A stretch of 64,000 nt of DNA from Chiloscyllium plagiosum (lineage: Eukaryota), in contig NC_057718.1 in NCBI RefSeq assembly GCF_004010195.1, positions 19,606,104-19,670,103 of the forward strand, given 5' to 3'. Positions within the stretch are counted from its first letter, which is position 1, and each line of letters starts with the position of its first letter. Below the pieces are notes generated by a model. The model had not been told where the DNA came from and did no database searches. It saw nothing but the letters and a program-made list of their open reading frames with translations. Positions 24,961 through 38,149 of the stretch are shown here, piece by piece. The position numbers and the translations under genes are program-made.

Positions 24961-27499
24961 CAAAATAAAGCTCCACTAGTACTTTCTCATGAAAATGAGG
25001 GATGGGTAATAATTACAGCTTAACCAATGATGACCACACCCTGAGAATCAACAAACATGTTACTGCCACAGGAAATAATATGGCAATGAGACACAGTGTT
25101 CTCAACATTCCTAAACTTTAATGTGAAACCAAAATTGGCCCATTATGTGTCATAAATACTCAGGAAGTTTTGTATCTGGTCGATGAAACATACAATTTGC
25201 ATTTGATAAAATGTGGAGCTGGAAAGGCACAGCAGGTCAGGCAGCATCAGAGGAGCAGGGAAGTTGACGTTTTGGGTCAGGACCCTTCATCAGGATTTGC
25301 ATCGGCTTATCATAGATTGGCATCGCAGCCATGTTATCTGGAAGAAAGTCACTTCCTCTTTGGAGAGGAGAGGTTAGAGCCTGGCCAGCCTGTAGTGCCC
25401 TCATCTTTCTATTGCAAAGGACTGAGAACAGTCTTGCATACACCCTTGCATTAGGTGATATTGCTCAAAGTAATGCAAAGGTGGATGGGGAGGGATAAAC
25501 CAAAAGCACAGTGGAATCTAAGAAATAAGTCCAGGAAGATGGAGACTTGAAGGAAAAACAATCTTTTGAGTTCTGTTTGTTAAAACCTCATGTACATTCC
25601 ATTATAAAAAACAGAAGACTCTTATTTTGTCCAGCATCTCCCATATTCCCATTCCAGTTGTGATTTGTTCAATAGAATAAACAGCATTCTCAAGGTTTTG
25701 ATTGGATTAATTGTAGGCCATCATTATTGTGCAATCTTACATAGTTTGCTCCAAATATTTCTATTTATTTATAGTGTATCCCTGTTCTGGGAATTCCAAA
25801 GTAACATTGAGTAAATATTTTTATAAACAGGAGACGGGGCAACTCTTTGTTTATTGCTGTTTATGGCCTCAGACAGTCACTGAGTCAAAACATGCACTTG
25901 AAGGCAGAAATAAAACGTGTTCGGTGCTACTGGAAAACTTGGAAACAATGTTTCCTCCAAATCCTACCCCTCACCTTAACCCCCTTCAATGTCGCCATCA
26001 TTCACACACCCTACTGTAATCAGAGTAATATGAGTTACCAACACTTGCCATCCTCAAGAGTGAGAATTCTTGATTGCAAAGATTGTTTAGTTTTCCAACT
26101 ATTTGGTGTTCCCCATATTGGAGAATTGCTTGTAGCATACTTTAATCTTAAGTGCTTTATCTCCTGAACTGTTGTGAACTGTAGACAGTATTTTCTCAGC
26201 CCTAGATCACTATCTTATAACATCCGAGCATCTAACGTGAAATTTGTAAAATGACCATTGTAATAAATTTCAGTTGCAAAAATGTCAGCTCTAGATCATC
26301 TATTTCCCTTAGGAACATTTTAGGTTATCTGCTGTAAACTGTTCTACTTCATTAATCTTTTGGCATGGGCAACTATTTGATTTATTGCATTACTGAAACT
26401 GCATCAGCACATTTTCAGAAAGTGACCTACAGTGTGAGAGACCAAGCACTCACTTCTAATAACTGACTACTGTCTATGCCTGGTGGGATTCTTCACTTGA
26501 ACCATTTGATCTTTGGGCTACAATAAATCTGACAAAGACTCTTCAATATTTTGTACAAATCTATCTCTCTTCTAAATTACGACCTCAAGTGTCCAGAATC
26601 ATATCTCTCCACTAAATATTCGAGACCATGAATGAAATCATCTATGGATTCACTGGTCATTGAATTCTTCTATTATATATTCAAGAATTTTATTAGTTCT
26701 GGGTATTAAAGACTTATTAAAGACTTTCAGGACCCCGTGGCAAGCCATAACGTACAAGCTATACTCCCAACTCCATATGAAAGTGTATTTACTTATTCAG
26801 TTTTGGATTTACCTCTAATTTGAAAGATATTCTGTTTCTCAGAAACTGTTTACTCCAAGATGTCCAATTCCAAGTTCCTTTTTGACCTGTATGCAAACTT
26901 AGATGTTCCAATCAATATTTCCAGTTGCATGGTTTTCTTGTCCAATTGTACATTTTACTTGCTTTAAAGAGTTACTTTGCAATAATCGTAATTCCACTGG
27001 TACTTGCTGTTATGCCTAGAGGTTTCCCTCCAATGAGTGGCTACAATGGAGGATTCTTACTTTCTTGGGGCTAAAATGAAGGATTCCCACCTTTGAGGGG
27101 GTAAAATAGAGAATGCCTGCAATTCTTGCAGTTTCCTTATATGAATCCTGTATCTGCAGCTTTAAAAAATGATTTCCACTTCTTTAAAAGTTTTGCTCAA
27201 TGACGTCCGGTGTCTGCAACTTTAATAACAATTCCAGTTTTACTCACAGTTTGACAGAATGATATATTTTCCTCACATTTTAAATAAATGTTTCTATCCT
27301 TTATCGCGATTCTTGTAAAGGATCTCCCACGTTTTTTTGCAAACTGAAGGATCAGTGGACTCAACAAGTTAACTCTTGTTTTCTCTTTACAGAAGTTGAG
27401 TTTCTCCAACATTCTCTGATTTTGTTTCAGATTTCCAGCATCCAAGATTCTTTGCTTTTATTTCAATGTGTGTGACACCTGGCATTTAAGATTTTTTTT

Positions 27500-27865
27500 T
27501 AATCAACCTGTTCAGACACATATCTAGAGTAGGTGGGACTTGAACCCAGGCCTCCTGGCTCAGAGATAGGGACACCTCCAATGTGTCACATAGTATCTCA
27601 TATATTATCTAATCACTTGTTCGGAAATGGTATTACACACTTCTGGAGCAGGTAGGACTTGAACATACACCTCCATGCTCAGAGGTCGGTACACTACCAC
27701 TGTGCCACAATAGCCTTCACATGGCACTTAATTTCTGTTTCATTTAACCTGTTTTTCTAATCAACCTGTTCAGAGATGTTATTACACAACAGAGGAGCAG
27801 ATGGGATTTGAACCCAGGCCTTTTGGTCCAGGGATAGGGACACTACCTCAACCCACAACACCATG
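27500..27865 (-). repeat. Three head-to-tail copies of a short tRNA-derived SINE
   Basis: B-box-like gga(c/t)ttgaac at 27536, 27655 and 27804; recurring aatcaacctgttcaga ends. Confidence 0.75.
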
Positions 27866-27909
27866 TTAAAGCATTGGCAGCTTTGGCTGCCCCATGGATG
27901 TATTTTTTT

Positions 27910-28240
27910 AAGAATCATAGAATCCTACAGTGAAGATAGAGGCCATTCAGCCCATCGAGTCTGCATCGACCCTCTGAAGAACATCCCATTGAGATCCAAA
28001 CACCCATCAGATCCTCATAACCCCACATTTACCATGGATAACCCACCTAAGCTGCACATACCTGGACACTAAGGGCAACTTAGCATGGCCAATCTACCCT
28101 AACCTGCACACCTTTGGACAGTGGGAGGAAACCAGAGCACCTGGAGGAAACCCACACCGACACGGGGAGAATGTACAAATTCCACACAGACAGTTGCCCG
28201 GAGACTGGAAGCAAACCCAGGTCCCCACACCACCACATTA
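27910..28240 (-). mobile_element. HE1-like V-SINE
   Basis: V-core tagcatggccaatctaccctaacctgcacacctttggac plus CR1-type tail. Confidence 0.82.
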
Positions 28241-29007
28241 CTTCATGTGATAGCTGACAGCGATTTCCAATTAATGATCCCATGGAATTTTTCGAGTTGT
28301 TCTGAAGGGATGTGGGTTGTTTTAATCTTGTGGTAATTTCCCAATCCCTTTGGCGAGGAAAGAATCAAAACCCTGTGCGAACAGTTCCCAACTTGGCAGC
28401 CTGACTGAATCCAGCATCCCCCTTCCTGTCATCTTACTGAGCAGCAGCACTATGGCTGTGACATTCTGACATTTCAATAAATGTCAATTCCAATTGAAAC
28501 AGTTGGGACGAGTGGGGTTTCACTGGTTTGCTCATAAACACAATGCATTAGGATTGCGAAGATCTGTTCACCTTCATGATGGGAAAGCTTGAATTGGACT
28601 TGCTCCAGGCAGCAAATCCAGGAGAGCAAAACACTGCAGCTCTTATCACAACCTGGTTCCAAGTCAAGAAAGCAGCCACTCCCTAATCACCATTGCCCTA
28701 TTGTGTGAAAGAAAACCACCTACAAATGTTTCATTTTCTGCCTTAGCACTCCGTGCCCTTGAGCAGAAAAGTGCATTTCTTTGTTCTGCAAAGAAGGTGA
28801 CATTTCAGTAATCCAATACTTTCCAATCTTCATTAGCCAGGAGCATTGACTGTAACCTGAAAGCAGTTATCAGTTTCAGGCTGATTTTCATTTTTTAAAT
28901 ATAAAATGTCATGATTCTGGCTTCCCCAAAGGCTTGGCGGTTTTCACCGGCAAACGGAAAAATTAAAGGAGTTGAGTCGGTTTACCCAGTCTGTGCTAAA
29001 GGGAAAG

Positions 29008-29328
29008 AATTATGGCTCAGTGGTTAGCACTGCTGCCTCACTGCGCCAGAGACCTGGGTTCAACTCCAGCGGCAGTGTGGAGTTTGCAAATTCTTCCCAT
29101 GTCTGTGCAAGTTTCCTTCGGGTGCTCCGGTTTCCTTCCTCAATCCACAGGTTGGGTGAATTGGCTGAGCTAAATTGCCCGTAGTGTTCAGGGATGCATA
29201 GGTTAGAGGTATTGAATGTAGAGTAATAGGGTAAAGGAATGGGTCTGGCTGGGTTACTCTTCGGAGGGTTGGTGTGGACTTGTTGGGCCAAATGGCCTGT
29301 TTTCACACTGTAGAGATTCTATGATTGA
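29008..29328 (+). mobile_element. HE1-like V-SINE
   Basis: A-box tggctcagtgg, B-box gggttcaactcc, V-core, gattctatga tail. Confidence 0.85.
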
Positions 29329-29344
29329 TATCATGATTCCTGCT

Positions 29345-29456
29345 GAGCTGAAAATGTATTGCTGGAAAAGCGGAGCAGGTCAAGCAGCATCCAGGGAACA
29401 GGAGAATCGACGTTTCGGGCATAAGCCCTTCTTCAGGAATCCTCACTTTCTCCTCC
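29345..29456 (-). mobile_element. 112-bp Penelope-derived mini-insert with an intact hammerhead (29405-29440, minus)
   Basis: 15-bp TSD atcatgattcctgct (29330-29344 / 29457-29471); AUUC-CUGAAGA-A-GGGC(UUAU)GCCC-GAAAC-GUC-GAUU. Confidence 0.85.
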
Positions 29457-29614
29457 ATCATGATTCCTGCTAAGGGTGAATATTTATAGACAGGCAGGAC
29501 GCTGGAAGAACACAGTAAGCCAGGCAGCATCAGGAGGTGAATGTACGGGCCTATGGAACAAAGGGAGGGTCAAACTCTCCAATTTGCAAACAGGCCACCT
29601 AATGTCACTGTAGT

Positions 29615-30298
29615 TCCATAGTTCCTTGACGGTGGAGTTGCAGGTGGACAGGGTTGTGCAGAAAGGGTTTGGTACACTTGCCTTTGCTAGTCTGTGCCTT
29701 GAGTATAGGAGTTGGGAGGTCATGTTGCAGCTGTACAGGAGATTGTTTAGGCCACTATTGGAACACTGTTCAATTCTGGTCTCTCTGCTTCAGGGAGGAT
29801 GTTGTTAAATTTGAAAGGGTTCAGAAAAGATTTACAAGGATGTTGCTGGGTTGGAGGGTTTGAGTAATAGGGGGAGGCTGAATAGGCTGCGGCTAATTTC
29901 CCTGGAGCGTCAAAGGCTGTGGGGTAACTTGTAGAAGTTTATAAAATCAGGAGAGCCATGGACAAGGTGAAGAGTCAAGATTCATAGGATCCAGTGTCCA
30001 AATTAAAGGACACAGGTTTAAGTGGGAAGGGAAAGATTTAAAAGGGACCTGAGGGATAAAGTTTTCATGCAGAGGGAAGTATGTGTATGGAACGAGTTGC
30101 CAGAGGAAGTGATGGAGGTGGGTACAATTACAACACTTAAATGGCATCTGGATGGGTCCATGAATAGAAAAGGTTTAGAGGGATAATAGACCAAATGCCG
30201 GTAAACGGAACTCGATTAATTTAGGATATTTGGTTAGCATGAACAAGTTGGACAGAAGGGTCTACTTCCATGCTGTACAACTCTGTGACTCTATGACT
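29615..30298 (+). mobile_element. CR1 3' fragment
   Basis: ORFs VELQVDRVV..EYRSWEVMLQLY and VQFWS..ERVQKRFTRML; ctctatgact tail. Confidence 0.9.
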
Positions 30299-31489
30299 CA
30301 GTGCTCCCACAGGATAAATTAATGTTTAGCTGGAATAGTAGAGGGTGGTGAGTGCCTGTGGAATGAGAAGAAATCCTGGTAAGAAATGGAGGAATATTAT
30401 TTCCAATCATAAAGAGAATCTTTCCTTGTTCGTCTAGCAAATTCTTAGACAATGTAGATCCTTAGACTCCAGGCACAGCAGCCAATAGCAGTGGGTTTAA
30501 AACAACTGACGAATGTCAACTTATATTGGCACCTCCAATAGTCCAACTGAGAAAGCAGCAAAGGTAAAAACCATCCCACCTATATTAAATGCTGGCTATG
30601 GAAACCTTCACATTTAACACTGTCATCACTAAATGAAGTAATTGAATTGAAATTTGGAATAACCACAAGTCTTCAGAGTTACAAATGGTACATTTCTTCT
30701 CAAGTAAAGTTCACATTTTTGAAAATATTTGAAATTTTACTTTTGAAAAATTAAACCTTAATTGAATTTGAAATACAACTGAATCTCTTTTTAAATCAGA
30801 TTCTCTTTCCATTACTCCATTTTCCTACTGCCATCCATCATGTTCTGGCCCTTCCAAGTCTGTAACATTACCCTTTTATCCATTAGCCGGCTCAGTCCTA
30901 TAAATTTAGCTCCGAAGGGTTAACCTTTAAACCAGAAATATCTCCTGAAATAACCAGGACTGGGGTCAGTTCCAGATTTGATCTTATAATAGATTTAATA
31001 GCAGCAAAATTCTTGAACTCTTCAACAATTTGAGTATATTCCCAAGTACTATACTATCATATCGCCAACATCTGTCTGAGCAGTTTATCCCTCCACAGCA
31101 TGGTCAAGTTGGGTGTGCCATATTCCTTATTTTTAATAAGTATGAAGTAGATGCTTGATTGACATTTATTATTACAACAGTTCAATTTTTTTCAGTAAGA
31201 TTGTTCAGTTTTGAACTACCTTCCCCCTACATGAGTGGAGCCTGCCAAGTTTAGAAACTTGTCTTAAATTTATGTAATTTCGCAATATATTTATTTTTAT
31301 TGTGATTCCTGTGTTCCGTTTATTTCTGATTGATTTAGGTTTAGGTTTACTTTTACTACGCTTAGAGAGATAAATAGTCCACACTATCCTTATAGAGCAG
31401 AAATGTCATTACGGTAACAAATATCCCACCAGCCTTCTCAAACCCAACTGCAGTTATTAAATCATCCTTTTCAAGTTCCTTTCTCTGAC

Positions 31490-34325
31490 AATAGATAATT
31501 GGTGCAGGAATAGGCCATTCAGCCCTTCAAGCCAGCACCACCATTCATTATGATCACGGCTGATCATCCACAATCAGTATCCTGTTCCTGCCTTATCCCC
31601 ATAACCCTTGATTCCACTATCTTTAAGAGCTCTATCCATCTCTTTCTTGAAAGTATCCAGAGCCTCACTGCCTTCTGGTGCATAGCATTCCATATGCCCA
31701 CCAATCTCTGCATGAAGAAGTTTCTGCTCAACTTTGTTCTAAATGGCGTAACCCTTATTTTTAAACTGTGTCCTCTGCTTCTAGACTCACCCATCAGCGG
31801 AAACATGCTTCCTGCCTCCAGAGTGTCCAATCCTTTAATAATCTTATACCTCTCAAACAGATCCTCTCTCATCCTTCTAAACTCAAGTATATACAAGCTC
31901 AGTCGCTCCAATCTTTCAACATATGATAGTCCCACCATTCCGGAAATTGACCTCGTGAACCTACGCTGCACTCCCTCAATAGCCAGAATGTCCTTCCTCA
32001 AATTTGGAAACCAGAAATGCACACAATACTCGAGGTGCAGTCTCACCAGGGCCCTGTACAGCTGCAGAAGGACCTCTTTGCTCCTATACTCAATTCCTCT
32101 TGTTATGAAGGCTAGCATGCCATTGGTTTTCTTCACTGCCTGCTGTACCTGCATGCTTGCTTTCATTGACTGATGTACACGAACACCTAGATCTCGTTGT
32201 ACTTCCCCTTTACCTAACTTGACTCTATTTAGATAGTAATCTGCCTTCCTGTTCTTGCCACCAAAGTGGATAACTTTTATCCACATTTATCCACATTAAA
32301 CTGCATCTGCCATGCATCCGTCCACTCATCTAGCCTGTCCAGGTCACCCTGTATTCTCATAACATTGTCCTCACATTTCACCCTGCCACCCAGCTTTGTG
32401 TCATCAGCATATTTGCTAATATTACTTTTAATGCCTTCATCTATATGATTAATGTATATTGTAAACAGCTGCAGTCCCAACACCGAATCTTGTTGTACCC
32501 CACTGGTCACCACCCGCCATTCCGAAAGGGAGCCGTTTATCACTACGCTTTGTTTCCTGTCAGCCAGCCAATTTTCAATCTAAGTCAGTATTTTTCCCCC
32601 AATACCATTTGCCCTAATTTTGCTCACTAACCTCCTAAGTGGGACTTTATCAAAGGCTTTCCAAAAGTCCAGGTACACTACATCCATTGGCTCTCCCTTG
32701 TCCATCTCCATAGTTACATCCTAAAAGAATTCCAGAAGATTAGTAAAACATGATTTCCCCTTCATAAATCCATGCTGACTCTGACCTATCCTGTTACTGC
32801 TATCCAAACGAGTTGTAGTTTCATCCTTTATAGTTGACCCCAGCATCTTTCCCACCCCTGACATCAGGCTAACCAGTCTATAATTCCCTGTTTTCTCTCT
32901 CCCTCCTTTCTTGAAAGGTGGGACAACATTAGCCACCTTCCAATCCACAGGAACTGATCTGAATATATAGAACATTGGAAAATGATTACCAATGCGCCCA
33001 CGATTTCTAGAGCCACGTCCTTAAGTACCCTGGGATGCAGACCATCAGGTCCCAGGAACTTATCAGCCTTCAGACCTAACAGTCTATCCAATACCATTTC
33101 CTGCCTAATATAAATTCCCTTCAGTTCATCTATTTTCCTAGGTCCTTCAGTGACTATTACATTTGGGAGATTGCTGGTGTCTTCCCCAGTGAAGACAGAT
33201 CCATTGTACCTATTCAACTCTTCTGCCATTTTCTTGTTCCCCATAAGAAATTCACCTGTTTCTGTCTTCAAGGGCCCAATTCTAGTCTTAACCACTTATT
33301 TTTCTTTTCACATACCTAAAAAAGCTTTTACTATCCTTCTTTATATTTTTAGCCAGTTTGCCTTCGTACCTCTTTATTTTTCTCGGCATATTGCCTTTTT
33401 AGTTAATCCTCTGTTGCTCTTTAAATGTTTCCCTGTCCTCCAGCTTCCCACTCATCTTTGCTATGACATACTTCTCTTTTATCTTTATACAGTCCTTAAC
33501 TTCCCTCATCAGCCAGGGCCATCCCTGCCTCTCCTTAGGATCTTTCTTCCTCTTTGGAATGAACTGATCCTGCATCTTCTGCATTATATCCAGAAATACC
33601 TGCCATTGTTGTTCCACTGCCATCCCTGCTAGGGGATTGAACCATTGAACTTTGGTCAGCTCCTCCCTCATAGCTCCATAGTTCCCTTTGTTCAACTGCA
33701 ATACTGACACTTCCAATTCTCCCTTCTCCCTCTCTAATTCCAGATAAAAAATTATCATATTCTGGTCACTACCTCCTAATGGCTTCTTTTCTTCGAGGTC
33801 CCTGATCAAATCCGGTTCGTTGCACAGCACCCGATCTAGAGTTGCCTTCTCCCTGGTAGGCTCCAGTACAAGCTGTTCTAAGTATCCATCTCAGAGACAC
33901 TCTACAAACTCCCTTTCTTGGGGTCCAGTACCATCCTGATTCTCCCAGTCTACCTGCATGTTGAAATCCCCCATAACAACTGTAGTAATACCTTTGCAAC
34001 AGGCCAGTTTCAACTCCTTATTCAACTTACACCCTACATCCAGACCACTGTTTGGGGGCCTCTAGGTAACTCCCATTAGAGTCTTTCTACCCTTAGAATT
34101 TCTCAGCTCTATTCATACTGACTTTACATCTCCTGATTCTAAGTCCCCCCTTGCAAGGGATTGAATATCATTCCTCACCAACAGAGCCAACCCACCCCCT
34201 CTGCCAGTTAGTCTGTCCTTTCGATAGCACCAATAGCCTTGAATATTCATTTCCCAGGCCCTGACCACTTGAAGCCACGTCTCAGTTATCCCCACAACAT
34301 TGTACCCGCCAATTTCCAACTGAGA
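31490..34325 (-). mobile_element. Long CR1 LINE (APE endonuclease through RT to the 3' end), frameshifted
   Basis: VVGITETWL, GGSDQN, GPDGLHPRVLK, GNYRLVSL, SQHGFMKGKSC, SKYADDTK, LHLEYCVHFW. Confidence 0.95.
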
Positions 34326-34344
34326 ACTCTCTGGCTGAGAACTG

Positions 34345-35085
34345 GATGCAATGTCCAAGATTGCTGATGACATGAAAATTGACGATGTGATAAATAGCAA
34401 AGTGGAAAGCCTTAGACTACAGGATGATGTAGACAGGCTGGTTAGATGGGCTGAACAGTAGCAAATGGAATTTAATCCTGAAAACTGTAAAGTGATGCGT
34501 TTTGGTTGGCTAACAAGGTAAAAAAGAACACGTCAAATGGTCGGACCCTAGGAAATACAAAGGATCAGAGATCTTTGAAGGCAACAGGACTGGTAGATAA
34601 AATATTTAAAATGACAAATAGGATATTTACCTTCATTAGTCAAGACACTGAATACAAGGGTTAGCAGGCTATGATGGAACTATATGTCATGTTAGGCCAG
34701 CATAGAATATGCAGTTCTAGTTGCCATGCTACAGGAAGGATGTAAATAGACCAGAGAGTGTGCAGGGAAGATGTTTGCTGGGCTAGAGATATTCAGCTAT
34801 GAAGAGAAGTGAGATAGGCTGCTCTGCTTTCCTTAGAGCACAGAAGGCTGAGGGGGGCCAGCCTGATTGAGGCGTACAAAATTATGAAGGGCATGGATAA
34901 GGCAGATAGGAAGAAACTGTTCTCCTTTGTAGAGGGGTGGGTAACCAGGGTACAGTTTTAAAGTAAAGGAGCAGGAGGTTGGAAGGGGATTTGAGGAAAA
35001 AGCAACTAGTGCTCACTGCCTTAAAGAATGGTAAAGGTGGGAACTTTTAAGACATTTATGAAGTATTTAGATGAACACTAGGAAC
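34345..35085 (+). mobile_element. Old CR1 fragment
   Basis: attgctgatgacatgaaa (ADD motif), atggaatttaatcctg and a 3'-domain remnant. Confidence 0.8.
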
Positions 35086-36799
35086 ATTATAGCAGACATG
35101 AACAGGTTCCTGCCAGGGCCCCAGACTCAAAGGGAGGACAACCTAACATCTTGAAGCCTGCAGTGTTACCTGGAACTTGCCCCAAGTAAGTCCCTTTATC
35201 TTCCTTATTGGCTACCTCCCACTCCACTGGACTGGTCAGATTCCACCCGATGTATCTAATGTTACGTATGGGAGTTCTACTCTCTTCCTCAGCCAATTAT
35301 TTTCAATTATTCCATAATCATTGAGGTAATATTGAAAACATCATCAATTCCCAAGATCCGAAGAAGTGTATCAATCTTTTCCTGCTTCCCTGAGTTAGCT
35401 GAGTTCGCATGAGAAGGATAATTGATATCCCTATTCTAACATGGAGAACTGTGGAGGTATGTAGGAGCCTGACAGGAAATATCTGTGAACACTCATTGTA
35501 TCCTCCAGAAACACACATATCCTTTCACCCTGTATTACGTATCAATGCAGAAATGGACATAAATCCCAGTACAACTCAAAAATGACCGTTTTTGAAAGAA
35601 AACTAGAAAGGAGTAAACTTAAAACTTAAACACATTACTAGAGTTGGAGCTCTAACTGTTGGTTTATTTTACTCCTTATGAGACTTATTGTTGGGCACCT
35701 TCCACTGAATGTCATGAGCCTTTAGATAGGAACCCATGCAGTGTCCAAAGAAACATCACAGATGCTTGAAAGTAGACACTGTTGCATCTCATTTGACCAA
35801 TAAATTATTGAACAAGCCTTCGATGGATGCTCAGCCCAGTTTTGGGATGTATTTCTCTGTTGCTTCACAGAGGTTGGCTGTGAGTCTGGAGATTCTAATT
35901 TGCCATTTGATATGACAGGACTTGGAATGTGCTGAAAAACAATTACCCAGATTTGGCAATCTTGTCCTGATGAATGCAAGACTATGAATGAAGAGTCAGT
36001 GCAGACATGACAGGCCAAATGGTCTCCTTCTGGGCTGTAATAACCCTACGATTCAGTGATCAAAAGTTTAGGCAACATTCCCCAGTTTTCAGCCCCTCTC
36101 CAGTTCTAAACTGTCCTCTTTTCCGATCTACACCCATTGATGGGACCAAAGATATAAAAACTGCTCTGATCAACCCTTTTGGAATTGTGTGATATCAGTG
36201 GAATGTACTCGATAAACAATGGAAAAATCATTCTCCATTAGAGAAAAGAAACTGGTGTCCATCATCTGTACAACAATTACAACATTTAAAAGGATGGGTA
36301 CATGAGCAAGAAGGGTTTAGAGGGATATGGGCCAAGTGCTGGCAAATGGGATTAGATTAATTTAGAATATCTGGTCGGCATGGATTAGTTGGACCGAAGG
36401 ATCGGTTTCTGTGCTGTACGTCTCTATGACTCTATCCTTCAAAGATTCAGTCCAAGTTGCTAGGCAATTATTATTTGTTTTTTTTATTATTATAGAATGC
36501 AAAACAACACAACATTGTCAAAATCATAACGTGGAACTTGCTGGAGAAACTCAGCAAGTCTAACAGCATCGGCGGAGACAGAAACAGAGTTGGAGACTTT
36601 CCAACTCCCAAATGAGTCCTTTTCAGAACTCTGAATTTGGGTTCAGAAGAAGAATCATATTGGTCTTGAAACATTAACTTTATTCCTTTCTCCACAGATA
36701 CTGCCAGACCTACTGAATTTCTCCAGCACGTTCTATTGCTATTTCAGATTTCCAGCCTCCATAGTATTATGCTTTTATTTGCTAAAATCCTGTTAACTT

Positions 36800-37515
36800 C
36801 TTAGAGTCATAGAATCAAACAGCCGTACAGCCTGTGAACAGACCCTTTGGCCTAAGTCATCCACGCTGACCAGATTTCCTAAACTGAACATGTCTCATTT
36901 GCCTGCATTTGGTCTGCATTCCTCTAAATATTTCCTATTTATGTACCTGTCCAGATGTGTTTGAAATGTTGTAAGTGTAACCTCCACTATCACTTCCTCT
37001 GGCAGCTCTATCCATACCCACACCACCCTCTGTGTGAAAACGTTGCCCCTCAGGTCCCTTTTAAATCTTTCTCCTCTCACCTTAAACCTATACCCTCTAG
37101 TTTTGGATTCCCCTACCCTGGGGAAAAGAGCATGGCTATTCATCTTCTCTATGCCTGTCATGATTTTACAAACTTCTATAAGGTCACCCCTTAGTGTCCT
37201 ATGCTCCAGTGAAAAACATCCCAGCCTTTCCAGCCTCTCCTTATAACCCAAACCCTCCATTCACAGAACCATTCTTATAAATCCTTTTTGCACTCTTTCC
37301 AGTTTAATAACATCCTTCCTATAGCAGAGTAACCAGAATTGTACACAGTATTTCAAATGCAGCCTTACCAATGTCTTGCACGGCAGGAACATAACGTCCC
37401 AACTCCGTTACTCAATGCTCTAGCCAATGGAAACAAGATTAGCAAATGCCTTCTTCACCACCTTGTCTACCTGTGACGACACTTTCAAGGAACAATGTAT
37501 CTGCACCCCTACCTC
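36800..37515 (-). mobile_element. CR1 3' fragment
   Basis: ORF 36895-37260. Confidence 0.9.
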
Positions 37516-37524
37516 TCAATCAGA

Positions 37525-37797
37525 AGTTAAAAATCACACAACACCAAATTATAGTCCAACAGGTTTACTTAGAAGCACTAGCTTTTGGAGCACTGCTCCT
37601 TCATAGGTAGCTTTAGAAGAGGATCATAAAACAGAATTTATAGCAAAAAATTATAGTGTCTTGCAAATTAAATGATATATTAAACAAGCACCGCTCCGAA
37701 AGTTAGTGCTTCCAAATAAACCTGTTGGACAATAACTTGGTGTTGTGTGATATTTAACTTTGTCCACCCCAGTCCAACACCCACACCTTCACATCAT
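37525..37797. mobile_element. Small inverted-repeat Penelope-derived insert (family B)
   Basis: Inverted arms gttaaaaatcacacaac / gttgtgtgatatttaac; near-TSD ctctcaatcagaa / ctctatcagaa; decayed hammerheads. Confidence 0.7.
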
Positions 37798-38149
37798 CTC
37801 TATCAGAATGTACAACTGTCCATGAAGTATAGTATTGTACTAAGGCTGTATAATATAGTTAGATAGCCTGATGCCATAAGTTTATTGACATTATAAAAAT
37901 GACTGCATCTCCACTTCACATTTCATCTGCAATGCAGTCTATGCTTGCTTGGTGTGTAACAATTTCAACTGATCAGCATTAAGGCAAACCTTCAATTACT
38001 GCTAGGTTTCAAATATCATTCAAAGGAGATTTGAAGTGAGATATTAATTTTTCTTGATCTCTTGTTCCAAGAAACATTAAAAGCTATAACACTGCTGCTA
38101 AGCAAGCTGATCTTCTCCGGCAGACCTTTGCTCGAATAAATTGAGCCAT

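Noticed and set aside
27249..27344. Minus-strand 96-nt exon candidate with a gtgagt donor
   Set aside because: The acceptor lies inside a Penelope-derived repeat and the peptide is unrecognisable.
31550..33632. Long plus-strand ORFs (207 and 160 aa) and similar ORFs opposite other CR1 copies
   Set aside because: Antisense shadows of CR1 ORF2.
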